A stretch of DNA of 63,229 nucleotides, filler included, from Craspedostauros australis (taxonomy: Eukaryota), in assembly GCA_030167865.1 (NCBI GenBank). It is 13 parts of 13 records of this genome, joined end to end, with 100 filler letters (N's around TTAATTAATTAA, not from the genome) between each part and the next. Parts side by side here need not be neighbours in the genome. Positions count along the whole stretch, not along the records: positions 8,525 to 39,066 come from JALAGF010005219.1; positions 39,167 to 41,508 come from JALAGF010005222.1; positions 41,609 to 45,587 come from JALAGF010005224.1; 10 more parts are not named here. One strand, given 5' to 3'. The position numbers and the translations under genes are program-made. Positions 33,629 to 45,100 of this stretch are shown in pieces; position 1 is the stretch's first letter; each line of letters opens with the position of its first letter. Under the pieces are notes generated by a model that saw nothing but the letters and a program-made list of their open reading frames with translations, had not been told where the DNA came from and did not search any database.

Positions 33629-34330
33629 ATGAAGGTCTTTGGCTTCCTCCTGTTTGCGTCCAGCTTGGCTGCGGCCGATGCCTTCGCGGTTGTGCCCAAG
33701 GCTGCGTCTATCGCGTCTGTTGCATCGCCGCTGCAGCTCAGCATGATGAGCTTCAACGATGACAACAACAAGGATGGTGATCGCAAGATGTCCGCGAAGA
33801 AGACCTCAGCAAAGCCAAATGCGATGATGGCCGTCGGCTCCTTCTTGACAGCCGCCTTCGTCGCGCTCAACGTCGCCACCGTCGCGATGCCCCTGCCCGC
33901 CATGGCGTCCGACAGCAGGATCGTCGGCGAGCTCAAGGGATCCGGCCTCGTCTTCAAGGACACGCTGCAGATCGAGCGCTTCGACGATCCCAAGGTCAAG
34001 GGCGTCACGCTCTACATATCCAACTTTGACCGTCCCATCACGGAGAAATTGAGCGGCAAGAACTTCTTCAACGATCCGTCCTACGCCAGCGTCGGCTGCG
34101 CCAAGACGGGGCCCATCGCGATCGCCGACAACATCGGAAAGGGCAAGGGCGGCGAGGAGGTCTTCGAGGAGTCCAAGTCACTCCTCTTCAAGACCCTGCG
34201 CGTGCAGCGCATTTACGATGAAGAGAAGAACACGGTCGTTTACGTCTCCTTCAACACGCGCCTGGACAAGAACGATGATTCCAACAAGGCGCGCTTCAAG
34301 AGTTCGCTCTGTGCTGTCAATTTGGAGTGA
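33629..34330 (+). CDS. CreA-family protein with plastid and probable thylakoid-lumen presequence
   Basis: IERFDDPKVKGVTLYIS, DPSYASVGCAKTGPI, GEEVFEESKSLLFKTLRVQRIYD..VVYVSF, SSLCAV. Signal ending ADA-F, then a second hydrophobic stretch ending PAMA. Confidence 0.8.
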   Translation: MKVFGFLLFASSLAAADAFAVVPKAASIASVASPLQLSMMSFNDDNNKDGDRKMSAKKTSAKPNAMMAVGSFLTAAFVALNVATVAMPLPAMASDSRIVGELKGSGLVFKDTLQIERFDDPKVKGVTLYISNFDRPITEKLSGKNFFNDPSYASVGCAKTGPIAIADNIGKGKGGEEVFEESKSLLFKTLRVQRIYDEEKNTVVYVSFNTRLDKNDDSNKARFKSSLCAVNLE

Positions 34331-34949
34331 GTTGCTAATACGCCGGGGGATGCAGGTGTGCTTTCTTGATTGCTCGTTGTGTTTCTGGCGAGGTATCTAT
34401 GAGCATCAGCATTCACGGATCTGCGATGGAATCTGGCGACTCTCTTGCGTTACAAGTGGGATGTGGATCTCCGTTCTATTATATAGATTGCTTCTTCCTC
34501 GCACTCTCTTCTCCACCATTTTACGCATCTCGTTCGCACGATCTCATGCAATGTCCAATTTTGATTTCTTTTTCAACTTCGCAGTGATGGAATTCCACCA
34601 CCAGCCGCATCGACTCCGGCACCAGCCGTCAAGTAGACAGCGTGAAGTGAACGCAGCACGAAGAATGCAAATGGGCAGTGCAACTAATTCTACCACTAGC
34701 GTCAACAAAAGTCATCAGCTATTCCATCAAAACTTGTCGTATTGCTCTGTTCCTCTCGCTTCCACACGGTGGCTTCGCTAAGAAACGCAGGTTTCCACTC
34801 GGTTGGAAATAGTCGGTGGTCATTCAATACCATGAGTCTTAGAGCGATAGAGCAAAGTAAAAGAATATGCAATTGAACCACGGATAATACTAGGAAGTGC
34901 ATGTACTCGTCATCGTCATCGTTCACGTGGTCGTAGCCATGCTCGTCAC

Positions 34950-36503
34950 TCAAACATCTTCCAGCCAGTTGTCGATCAGAGTCCGCGCGACGACGCCTGT
35001 GGGCGGAATCAGCAGCTGCAACGATTCATCCCTGCGCAATGCCTCCTCCGCGATATCCTTGTTCATCACCGCCCCCGGCACGGTCGCCGCCTTCGCCACG
35101 ATGGACTTGTCAAACCACGATGCAGCCACAAGCTCGTTTTCATCGATGCACAGCGGCAGATTGTCATCGGCCGTTGCACGGAATGCGATCATCGTCGATC
35201 GCGGAAACGGCCACGGCTGCGACGCGATATACCGGATGGAATTGTAATCGACATGGATGCCCGTCTCCTCGAAGGACTCGCGCATCACGGCCTGCTCGTA
35301 AGCTTCGCCGGCCTCCACGAAGCCCGCCAACGCCGTGTGGACCTTGCGAGGGTGGCGTGCCGATCGTGCCAGCAGCGCCTTGTCTTGCGTGCGGTTCGTG
35401 ATGAGCACGATGATGCTGGGATCTTGGCGCGGCCAGGATTTGGTGCCGCACGACGTGCATTGCAGGCACGTGCCGCCGTCGATGGCCTGCAGGGGCTGTC
35501 CGCAACCGGAACAGAATTGATGCGTCTTCTTCCAATTGGCCATGGCCGTGGCGTACAGGGCGATTTCGTTTTCGGATTGCGACAGCAAAGGTGCGTGCGT
35601 GCGCGTGTTGGCGAAGTGAAGGCCGTCGGGCAGATTGTGTGGATCGAATTCGGATGGAACGTCGACGGAGAACAGCGGTGCTTTATTGGCATTGAGGCCC
35701 AGGAATGTGCTGGACGTATCGGGCGAGCTGATTTGCGATTTGTCAAGGTAGGCAATCTTGGCATTGGGTTCGAACAGGCATTCCGTGGCGTTGCGCAGCA
35801 TCACGAATCTGGCATCGTGCCTGTTGCGAAATTCTTCCAACTTCGCTTCGTCGCTTCGCAGCATCGTTGCCCGATCCAGATGCTCCTGCGAATGAGGCTG
35901 CGCAGATGTCTGTGGCGATTCATCCGCATCCTGTGATGCGACGATGCCCACCGTCTCCGCCACGAGCGTTGCCGCGCTGTCGGCAAACAGTCGCATGTTC
36001 TCCTCGCGGTCGTTGTGTGACGATCGCACGACGCTCTGCGCCATGATCTTCACGTCGCCATCGGCGTTGCGCCCGGCCAAGGCAAGCACGGCAAATCCCT
36101 TGTCGAGCCCATCCGGCCGGAAGGTCGGTCCGGCAGCTCCACCCTCCGCAATGGCGTAGTCCGTGCCGAGCTCCTCGCAGAAGGCCACGGCCGTCTGGGA
36201 GGTCCAGTGCATCTTCGAACGGACGTAGGCATCGGCTTCCGTCTCGTTGTCCACAGCCAGGACCGACGATGGCGGATCGATCAACGAATGATGCAGGCCG
36301 TCATTGTTGAGCAGCAGCGGCTTCGACTTGCGCGTGTTGTATGCCACGGATCCTCCATAATACACAGCCGAGGAACCTGGCACGGCCATGATGGAGGCAT
36401 TGATCAAGCCCCCGCAACAGGACTCCACCACGGCGATACGTTTGCCAGCATCCTTGAGGCCCTTCACCAGCCTTTGGAAGGCCTGCGATTGGAGTTGCAC
36501 CAT
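34950..36503 (-). CDS. Fusion protein: N-terminal CinA/PncC (NMN deamidase-like) domain + C-terminal NudC NADH diphosphatase
   Basis: CinA: IAVVESCCGGLI...PGSSAVYYGGSVAY...AEGGAAGP...DREENM. NudC: Zn finger FCSGCG...CTSCG, WPRQDPSIIV, Nudix box GFVEAGEAYEQAVMRESFEETGI, and SQPWPFPRS signature. Single intronless ORF. Confidence 0.88.
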   Translation of the reverse strand: MVQLQSQAFQRLVKGLKDAGKRIAVVESCCGGLINASIMAVPGSSAVYYGGSVAYNTRKSKPLLLNNDGLHHSLIDPPSSVLAVDNETEADAYVRSKMHWTSQTAVAFCEELGTDYAIAEGGAAGPTFRPDGLDKGFAVLALAGRNADGDVKIMAQSVVRSSHNDREENMRLFADSAATLVAETVGIVASQDADESPQTSAQPHSQEHLDRATMLRSDEAKLEEFRNRHDARFVMLRNATECLFEPNAKIAYLDKSQISSPDTSSTFLGLNANKAPLFSVDVPSEFDPHNLPDGLHFANTRTHAPLLSQSENEIALYATAMANWKKTHQFCSGCGQPLQAIDGGTCLQCTSCGTKSWPRQDPSIIVLITNRTQDKALLARSARHPRKVHTALAGFVEAGEAYEQAVMRESFEETGIHVDYNSIRYIASQPWPFPRSTMIAFRATADDNLPLCIDENELVAASWFDKSIVAKAATVPGAVMNKDIAEEALRRDESLQLLIPPTGVVARTLIDNWLEDV

Positions 36504-37609
36504 CTTGTGCCCTCCTATGGATGAGACAGGTATAATATCCCAAATGAGAATAGTTAGTATCTGTTGTACGACGTACGTGCTCTGCGGCAGTAGTATGGCC
36601 TATTACACAATCACTCACTCTCTCTCTCTCTCTCTCGTGCTCTTTGGCGGTGTGTGTCTGTCGGCGCTGTGTGTGATCAACATGCGACCAGCATGGATGG
36701 AGCGATGGTCAACAGAAGAATCGAAGTGAGGAACGCGAGTGTCAACTTGGTGCGTCAGAGAGACGAATTCGCAGTATTGGTTTCAGTCACGAAACAATGA
36801 GGCAAGAGCTCCGGACTTTCGAAGGCCAGACGAAGCACATGATTTCAAATCTGAGTACCAACACGTCATGGAGAACACGAAGAACACGAAGAATGTGGTA
36901 GAGAAGCAAGGCCAACTACATTGCCGATTGTGGACGCGGCTTCAGCAATCTCTGAGGTCTATCGTCCCTGTTTTGTAGAGTGTGGAGCGTGTTGGAGTAC
37001 TCCAGGGTCCTCACTCGCTCTCTGGAATAGTTTCGTCCGCACCTGTTTGTATCCATAAAACCTCCCAAAGTCGTAGGCACATGGATGCCCTTGCCAAGAA
37101 GAGGGTTCCGCAAAGAGTCAGAGACGACACAGTTGGGATAAAAGAACAGTTGCACAAACACAAGCAGACAAAGAAGAACGGCCATTTTGCAACGCAGCAC
37201 AAAAAGCGGAAAGCGTCGCCGCACCTGTCTTGCCACGAGCATGTATGGACCAAGAACCAATGCTTACGCTTGGGCTGGGTGAACTTCGCTCTAAGTTTAG
37301 GCTGAGCACTGGCCTCTCGTGTTGTGGTCCCATCGTGTTCTCTGGAAGCAGATCGAAATCTGCGGCATTTTTCAAACCTAGAGAAGCCGTTTCACCTTGA
37401 TTGTACAATAGGTGTCCGGTCGCGGATGTTGGCATATTCATTCGTACAACGACGAACTATGCGTGGACTCATGTGATAGATACATACCAGCAAGACATTG
37501 CCGATTGCAATTGCAATTGCAATTCCGTGCGCTTCCATCCTCGCATTTGGGGCGCGGCAGTCGTTTCCACAGTGGACGCAAGTGGTCCAGTGCGATTACA
37601 TCATCTTTG

Positions 37610-37638
37610 CTGTTGTTGTTGTTGTTGTTGTTGCTGTT
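37610..37638 (+). repeat. (TTG)n microsatellite
   Basis: Tandem TGT/TTG units. Confidence 0.85.
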
Positions 37639-39166
37639 GAGATAGCTGATGTTGGGAGGTGCTCAAATCTTGTTTTTATGAAATTCAATCATCATTTATG
37701 GACACATTCGCGCTGTTCTCCCCAATACCGCAGATCGGCATAGCAAGAAATCGGTATTGGGGAGCACCGTGCAAGGAAGGAATAGCAGCGTCCTCTCCGA
37801 GTCGCTGGTACTGTTCTGGGAGCTAGTCGAACGAAATCTGCTACCACAACATGAATCAACGAATTTAGGATGAGGGCATGCAAAGCACGTCACAAAATAG
37901 GCCCCATGGATGTCATAGCAATCTCGCGTTTGTTCATTGTTTCCTTTGTGACACGAATCGTGCTTGTTGGTGGGCGAAGGAACTCTTTCGTGGCCCACGA
38001 AGAATAAGAGCGACGCAGTTCGTCGCGTGGTGCCGCCGGTCGAGTTGGTGGACATTTGTTTCCATTGCCCACCATCTCGCGGCTGTCGCGGTACAAAACA
38101 ACAATTGTGGTTCACATGTACATACAATTTCATTCCTCATGTTGGTGCCACTACGAGTGAACGGACAACACGAAGCGCCCGAGAAGCGCTTGTTTCTTGC
38201 GATGAGCGACAGAACAGAGACAAATTTCGTACTTCGCACACCTGCCCTACTCCAGCATTGGATGGAGTGCCAGTACCGTGACACTCCCCTGTTCACAACT
38301 CATTTATGATATGTTTTCTCCATGGCTTTCCCTTTTTGTCCACGTCATACAGGATCCGTTAAATACTGATCGTGGTTGATGTCCGAGCCAGAAGGTGTCA
38401 CAACCGTCCAGCGTTGATTTCGAAGCCAGGTTCGCTGTCGTGCGAAGGTGAACAGTCAAACCTGGCGGCACTGACAACGCATCGCGTCTCATCCGAACAA
38501 CCAAAACGATCGCCCGAATGGAGAATTGGGTTACAGATGTTAAACAACGCAGACTGTATTGCTTTCCCGTTTTTGGAAATGCCAACGAAGAGTTCGTCAG
38601 AAGTTTGTGGCGGCCAAACGGGGAAGAATATCCCTCCCCACAAGAAGGTGCGTCTAACAATACTGAGATCTCTGATTTTGTTGCTGGGAGCAGGGGAAAT
38701 AGACGACATTTTCCCGGATGTAGGGAAAATGTCAGCATTTCCTGTTATTGCTTTCCCATATTTCCCAAGATTGCAAAACGAGTCCCATTGCATCTGTTTG
38801 GCATCATGTGTAGTGCTTTGTAAGAACTTCACATGTACCATGTCGACTGCTCCATGTGTTGTACAATGATACCATCAACTTTGTGTATCGCGATTTCCGA
38901 GACACGTTCAAGTCGTGTTGTTTTCGNNGTTCCAACAAACAGTTGCCGGTTGTGTGCAATTCTACTCGTATTTGCAAAGAGCGTTTTTGGATTGTTCTCG
39001 CTTAGTCGCTTCGCCCATGCACGTTTCTTCGCAAATCCGATTGCTGTTGCGCGATACACAGATGGCNNNNNNNNNNNNNNNNNNNNNNNNNNNNNNNNNN
39101 NNNNNNNNNNTTAATTAATTAANNNNNNNNNNNNNNNNNNNNNNNNNNNNNNNNNNNNNNNNNNNN

Positions 39167-39387
39167 ACGGACGATCTTCTGATTCTTCCAGAAATCGTTA
39201 TTTGCAAATTTCCTCCAGAAATCTTGCCCCCTTTCGTGTGTTCCATTTCCCCTGTAATTCTGACGAATCACAGCATACTATCGACACGAGTATAGTTATA
39301 CCGTTCAAGTGCGTATGAGAGAATAGCGGGTGAACGATGCACATATACACGTACATCTTGACATATACTCACATGTACATCTCGACA
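39167..39387 (-). mobile_element. LTR fragment (same family as 8343-8424)
   Basis: Reverse complement begins GG|TGTCGAGATGTACATGTGAG and matches 8343-8424. Confidence 0.7.
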
Positions 39388-39472
39388 CCNNNNNNNNNNN
39401 NNNNNNNNNNNNNNNNNNNNNNNNNNNNNNNNNNNNNNNNNNNNNNNNNNNNNNNNNNNNNNNNNNNNNNNN

Positions 39473-40517
39473 CAGAAGCCAATCAAGGAAGGCTACAAAT
39501 TCTATTCCCTTTGCTGCTCAGCCTCAGGGTTCATGTTCCATGTGCTGCCATCGGGGCGCCTGGATAAAACCACCAGGATCAACAACACAGTCGCAGAGCT
39601 TCTTGACAAACTCAATCCTGCTGACAAGCATGTTGTCGCCATGGACAATCAATTCACTACAAAGACTGTCATTGAGAAGTTGAGGGAGATGGGAGTGGGC
39701 ATTGTGAGAACTGCAAGGAATTGTTGTGGATTCCCTCCCAAGAAAATGAAGGACATCGAAGATGATCGCTTCAACTCTCTGTACATCTGGACAGAGAGTG
39801 ACAAGTATGTCATTACACGATGGGTGGATAACAATGTGGTGCTCATGGTGAGTACAGTCCATTATGCAAGTGAGACAGTCGCAAAGAATCGACATTGACC
39901 ACGACAGACCACAACGAACAAGAACCATCTGAAGACTGTCTGGGGTGATGACTGGAATGCTGCAATCAGGATCCCAAGAATGATCAATGACTACAATCAT
40001 TGGATGGGAGGGGTGGATTGGTGCGATCAGCTTATCGCATACTATCAACCAAATATGCGGTGTTGAAGGGTATGGATGCCAATCATGTTTCACCTACTTG
40101 ACATACTGAGGGTGAACTCATGGATTGTGAACAGTCAGCTTGTGGAGGAGGAGGATTGAATGGATCACAAATCATATGGCTTGGCAATGGTGGAAGCACT
40201 GGTGTGGAAAGCGAGGACCTGCGAAGTCCATAGCACAAGGAGGGCAAGGAGAATCCCAAAGGAGATAAGAACAAGGACAAGGATGAGCAGTACCCAACCA
40301 GTGTTGAGCGAGGATAGGTTCATGGGTGTGTATAAAGACCATGGACAGAAAATTGACAAAGATGGAAAGCAATGACTTTGCCAATATTGCTGCTACTTGA
40401 AGGCCATAAGAAAATTACTGGCCTAGAAGAAAACACTCCCACGATGGTCACATGGATCTGCAGCTTGTGTAGAGTCCATGTCTGCAAGACCATTGGGGTA
40501 TATACCATGGAAGGTGA
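39473..40517 (+). pseudogene. piggyBac-type DDD transposase, degraded
   Basis: MDNQFTT, WVDNNVVLMVSTVH, IPRMINDYNHWMGGVDWCDQ..YY, WMPIMFHLLD..VNS, C-terminal CQYC...CSLC..VC domain. Several TGA stops and frameshifts. Confidence 0.88.
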
Positions 40518-40579
40518 TGAAGTATGGTAAAACAAAAATTCAGTGGTTCCTGACAATAGCACTAGTAAACGATGGTGCC

Positions 40580-40687
40580 AGTTTAGTTTTCACGTAGGCC
40601 GTGGCAGGACAAATGTGTTAAAAAATTAACACGGTGTCAAGATATATGATATAATAGTAGAATTATCTCTGGGTCATGAAGGGATAG
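40580..40687 (+). mobile_element. Right terminus of the piggyBac-like element (...GGGTCATGAAGGG|ATAG)
   Basis: Lies downstream of the transposase. Its reverse complement matches the termini at 41093 and 46219. Confidence 0.7.
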
Positions 40688-41088
40688 AGTGTGCATATGG
40701 AGGGAAGGCAGTGTGTGCTGATTGAGACATGGACAAAGCTCAACGTCCCAGGGCATGAATGGGAGCAGAACCGAGAACAAGGCAGTGTGAAAGTCAAGGC
40801 GGGGGTGAAGATCTGGATTACCCACCAACCCACAACTCTGGATTTCGACCACTGATCCACAGCCCAGATGAAGCATCATCATCACCATGCCTACTGCTAC
40901 CGCGCAATCCTCAACATCTCTTCGCACCCAACCGCCTTGCCCACGCGAAATGTGAGTCTGTTGATCAAGGGCACGACTGGACAGCAAGCTGAAGCACGGC
41001 TGGTGATTCCCAACACAATTTGCCCTTCTGCGTCCGCATGCCTTTCGTTTCTAGTCGTAGATTAATGCGAAAAATCTAAACTTTTTTA

Positions 41089-41508
41089 CTATCCCTTCAT
41101 GACCCAGGTCCAACGCGTTCATTATATCCTTTTTTTCGGCCCGTGTTAAATTTTGAACGAGGTTTCCCTACCAGGAGCTACGACAGAAAGCTTTCTTTTT
41201 TAATCTAGTTCGGAACCATTCTTCTTATTCACACGGTTTTACTAGTAAAAAAAATTCGTCAGCCCTGATCCTGACCATGGTATGTAGCCCAGTGTTGCTT
41301 GCAGATGTAGACATCACAGATGTTGCACATCCTTCTCACTCTTTTCGGTTTCACCCCTGCCTTTCTGTCTTGCTTTGCTTTCGCCTTCAAGAACGCACAG
41401 TATGTGCAGGTCCGCTGGCACCCTTATCAACATCTAGATCGAAATTAGGTACCCATCTCCCATGACTGAAATGTGATTCAATATTTTCTGATTCGACTCG
41501 ATTTGAGA
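41089..41508 (-). mobile_element. Second piggyBac-like element: right end (CTAT|CCCTTCATGACCCAG) plus transposase C-terminal Cys-rich domain (41259-41430)
   Basis: Minus strand reads QRTCTYCAFLKAK...CNICDVYICKQHWATYHG, homologous to the 40370-40517 tail. The terminus matches 40580-40683. Confidence 0.75.
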
Positions 41509-41644
41509 NNNNNNNNNNNNNNNNNNNNNNNNNNNNNNNNNNNNNNNNNNNNTTAATTAATTAANNNNNNNNNNNNNNNNNNNNNNNNNNNNNNNNNNNN
41601 NNNNNNNNCACAAGAGACACAACTGTTCTCACGGTTGAACCGTT

Positions 41645-41745
41645 GTTCTCACGATTTCTCACACGATTTCTCGTGTTGAGGCATCCATCCCTGATCACAT
41701 TCTCACACGATTTCTCGTGTTGAGGCAGCCATCCCTTATCACATT
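41645..41745. repeat. Short tandem repeats (~43 bp x2, TTCTCACACGATTTCTCGTGTTGAGGCA) probably within an LTR
   Basis: Direct duplication visible in the sequence, downstream of the LTR start at 42207 on the minus strand. Confidence 0.6.
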
Positions 41746-42151
41746 CCTTTCGCCGGTTCGTTACCAGCTTCATCCATTATCACCGGAGAGTTCTCTCACG
41801 GTCCTTTTTGTACTTCGTGGTAATGGGATATTCCNNNNNNNNNNNNNNNNNNNNNNNNNNNNNNNNNNNNNNNNNNNNNNNNNNACTCCTCGGTTCTTTG
41901 TCCGTCATTACATGAGGGCTGTATTCGCTTGTACCTGATGATGGTCACGAATGCATCATTGCAGCCCCGTGTGACATGCAATCGTGCATTGGATGATTGC
42001 ATTATCCTTCACAGTCGTCATCATCCGATCCACACTTGTCATTCGCCATTCGTCTCAGGACAGCCTTCGCCTCATCATGTACCTCACATTTTGATGCTCA
42101 TNNNNNNNNNNNNNNNNNNNNNNNNNNNNNNNNNNNNNNNNNNNNNNNNNN

Positions 42152-45100
42152 CAAATACTCCTGGGAGGTGCGGCAATCACGTGTTTCATAACACCCGATT
42201 CCTGACACCCTTCCATTGCCGATCCGACCATATCACCCACCTTGTTCAGTCCAATGCTGACCTGGGCTGAATGATGCTCCCCTTGTGCCGATCGTAGATC
42301 TCCTTTCTTGTATTCTTCGTGAACCCGTCAGAGATGTTGTCCTCTGACTTCACGAATCGAGCCCTCGCTTCCTTGTTCGCAATCAGCTCTCTGATGAAGT
42401 GATTGCGCTCGTCGATGTGTCTCGTCCTGGCTGATGTCGATGGGTTGATAGCGATGAAGATCGCTCTCACGTTGTCAACCATCACATCCACAGGTCTCTC
42501 CATCCTCAATCCATATACTCGTGTCCGACACGAGCTTCATCACTCTCAGCATCTCCTCGTATGCTGTGGTCGTTGGCCCATCCAACACCTTCGTCAGTTC
42601 TCGGACGGCATTCGCGATGTCTGGTCTCGAATGCTTCACCAGGTATAGCAGCATACCCACACCACTGTGGTATCTGCTGTGTCGATTCATATCGACCTCG
42701 GGTGCTTCGTTGTTCCTCTGGATCCCTTGATGTTCTTCACCGATTGCTTCAGCTCACGTGTGCTTCCAATGCACAGGCGATCGTCGGCATACATCCTGAT
42801 GAGAACAAGGCTCCCTTCCCGATTCCGGATTAGCAGACATGGATCCGCCTTGCTCTGCCGGAAGCCAAGCTTGGTCAGTGTGTTCACAAGCTCCTCGTTT
42901 CATTGCCTCGCGCTCTGCACCAACCCATGGATGGTCTTCTTCACCGGCAGGCATTCATGCGGTTCGTGTTCCTTTCTCTTGGGACACTGCATGTAGATCT
43001 CTTCTCCTTGAAGACCCACTTCATCTTCACACACCGCCGATCCCTCGGCATCTCGCTCTTCTTGATCTTCTGCCAGACTCCTCGTCTGATCATGTCGTAG
43101 AACTCCTTGTTGATGGCCTCCTGCCATCTCTTTCACTTCGCTTCGCTGGATCCGCATCATCCCAGCATTCTTTGGATGTGGTGGGGTCCAGCATCATAGC
43201 CATGTATGCATGCTTGGACGTCTCATTCCCTCTCTCGCTGTTGCTGGGGTCTTCTCCACTTCCTCAGCTGACTCACCACCTCCACCGCTTGAATCTGGGT
43301 TGGAGTGGTGTTCTGGCGCATTGTTGTGCGGTGCCAAGCCGCGTGTCATCCGTGGCATCCTTGCCACTGGTCTTGTGGGATAGTGCTCGAGGTCCATGCT
43401 TTCACCAGCTTACCTTCGAGTCACTCATACTTCGTCCCTTCCGATCATCAGGATCCACATGATCCTGGCATTCCTCAGGCGCTCATAGACTCGGCATCAT
43501 TCCAGTGTTGATGTGCACGAATCTCTCTTGCCGTCGCGTTCGCTCTCAACATCCTGACTTGCAGCGATGAAGTCGATCACTCTCATCCTTCATTGGATAG
43601 CATCGATCCTCATGCCTGCGACGTCCTTGTTGATGATTGACCCGCCTTGTTCGAAGTTGGGTCCGTCTGTTGCCACTGGAGCAGTCATCGTCTCCTGTGT
43701 AGTTGCATAGCCATTGTCATCTCCTGATTCTGATGCTTCGTTCGTCACCCTCGTTGGGTATTGGTATATTGTGATCAGCTGCCAGCTCTGTCGTCGTGTT
43801 GCCTTGCAACCATGCTGTCGATCACCTTCATCCTCTTCTGGATAGCATCGATTCATCATGCTGCAGCTTCTTCGTCATGGGAGTGGTTGGTGGCATCNNN
43901 NNNNNNNNNNNNNNNNNNNNNNNNNNNNNNNNNNNNNNNNNNNNNNNGTGGCATCCTGCCATTCATCCTCCATTCATCTGAGGTTCCTCCCTTCCGGCTC
44001 TGTCATTCGATTCTTCATCCGACATGCCCGCTTCTCTCTCATTGATCGTATATCGATGCGTCTTGGCTCACTGTATCTGGAATCCGCCGTTTATGGCTCG
44101 CGCTCTCATAGCTGTATCCTTTCCAGATTCGCGTCTCTCTCTCATCGATCTCATTCTCATCGCACATCGATCTCATATCTGTGCTCGTAGTATCTCGCCG
44201 ATCATTCGGCATCCAGTTCTTCTTGATCATCTGCCATGCTCATGCTATGGCTATATCACTGAACCGTACCATCATGGCCTCCTGCCATTCATTGCTCTTC
44301 TTGGGATCCACATAACCCCGTCATTCGTCAATTGTGGTCGGATCCAGCATCATTGCGACATTTGCTTGCTCGGATCCCTTTCTGTTCTGTCTGTAGTTCA
44401 ATGCTTGATTCGCAGTGATGAAGTCACCCAAGCTCATCTTCTCATGAGTGGTGTCAATCGTCATGCCTGCGATATCTCTATTGAATGTTGACCCGTCTGT
44501 GTGAAAGTTGGGTCCTCCTGTCGCCGGTAGTGTGGTAGTCATCTCTCGAGTGGTCCCATACCCCTCATCATTTTCTGATTCTGATTCTCCACTTGATCCA
44601 AGTTCTCGCTCCTCCTTCGGAATGGGCATATCATAGTATCCCTCGAGAGCACTCAGCNNNNNNNNNNNNNNNNNNNNNNNNNNNNNNNNNNNNNNNNNNN
44701 NNNNNNNCACTTGATCCAAGTTCTCGCTCCTCCTTCGGAATGGGCATATCATAGTATCCCTCGAGAGCACTCAGCATCCTCGGCATGTGCATGACAGGTT
44801 CTGCGATTGGGACCGTATTTGGTGCGTTCTCGGCCAAATCGTCTCGTCCCGTCTCATCGTCCCTTCCGGATTCATCGTCGTCGTCATCGTACGATTCATT
44901 TTCCCCTTGGGTAGGGAGCAAGTCATCTTGCCCTCGAGCAGCGTCTTCTGTATCTGTGTCGTCTCCGGCTCTTCTGCTCTCATCAGCGTCGTCGGTCTCC
45001 ATGCTTCGGATGGTATCCGCACGTCGCTCCCAAGTCACTCTTCTATCTGGGGTACTCATCCCTGAAGTAGAGTCGTCATCTCCCAGGTCTGTCAGTACTG

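Noticed and set aside
29495..36503. PCIF1 (cap methylation) near NudC fusion (NAD-cap removal) as an RNA-cap gene cluster
   Set aside because: Separated by unrelated LRR and CreA genes; eukaryotic neighbourhood alone is not evidence without synteny.
40580..41200. Apparent ~620-bp MITE bounded by inverted repeats
   Set aside because: The inverted sequences are the right ends of two different piggyBac-like elements facing tail-to-tail, each linked outward to its own transposase tail.
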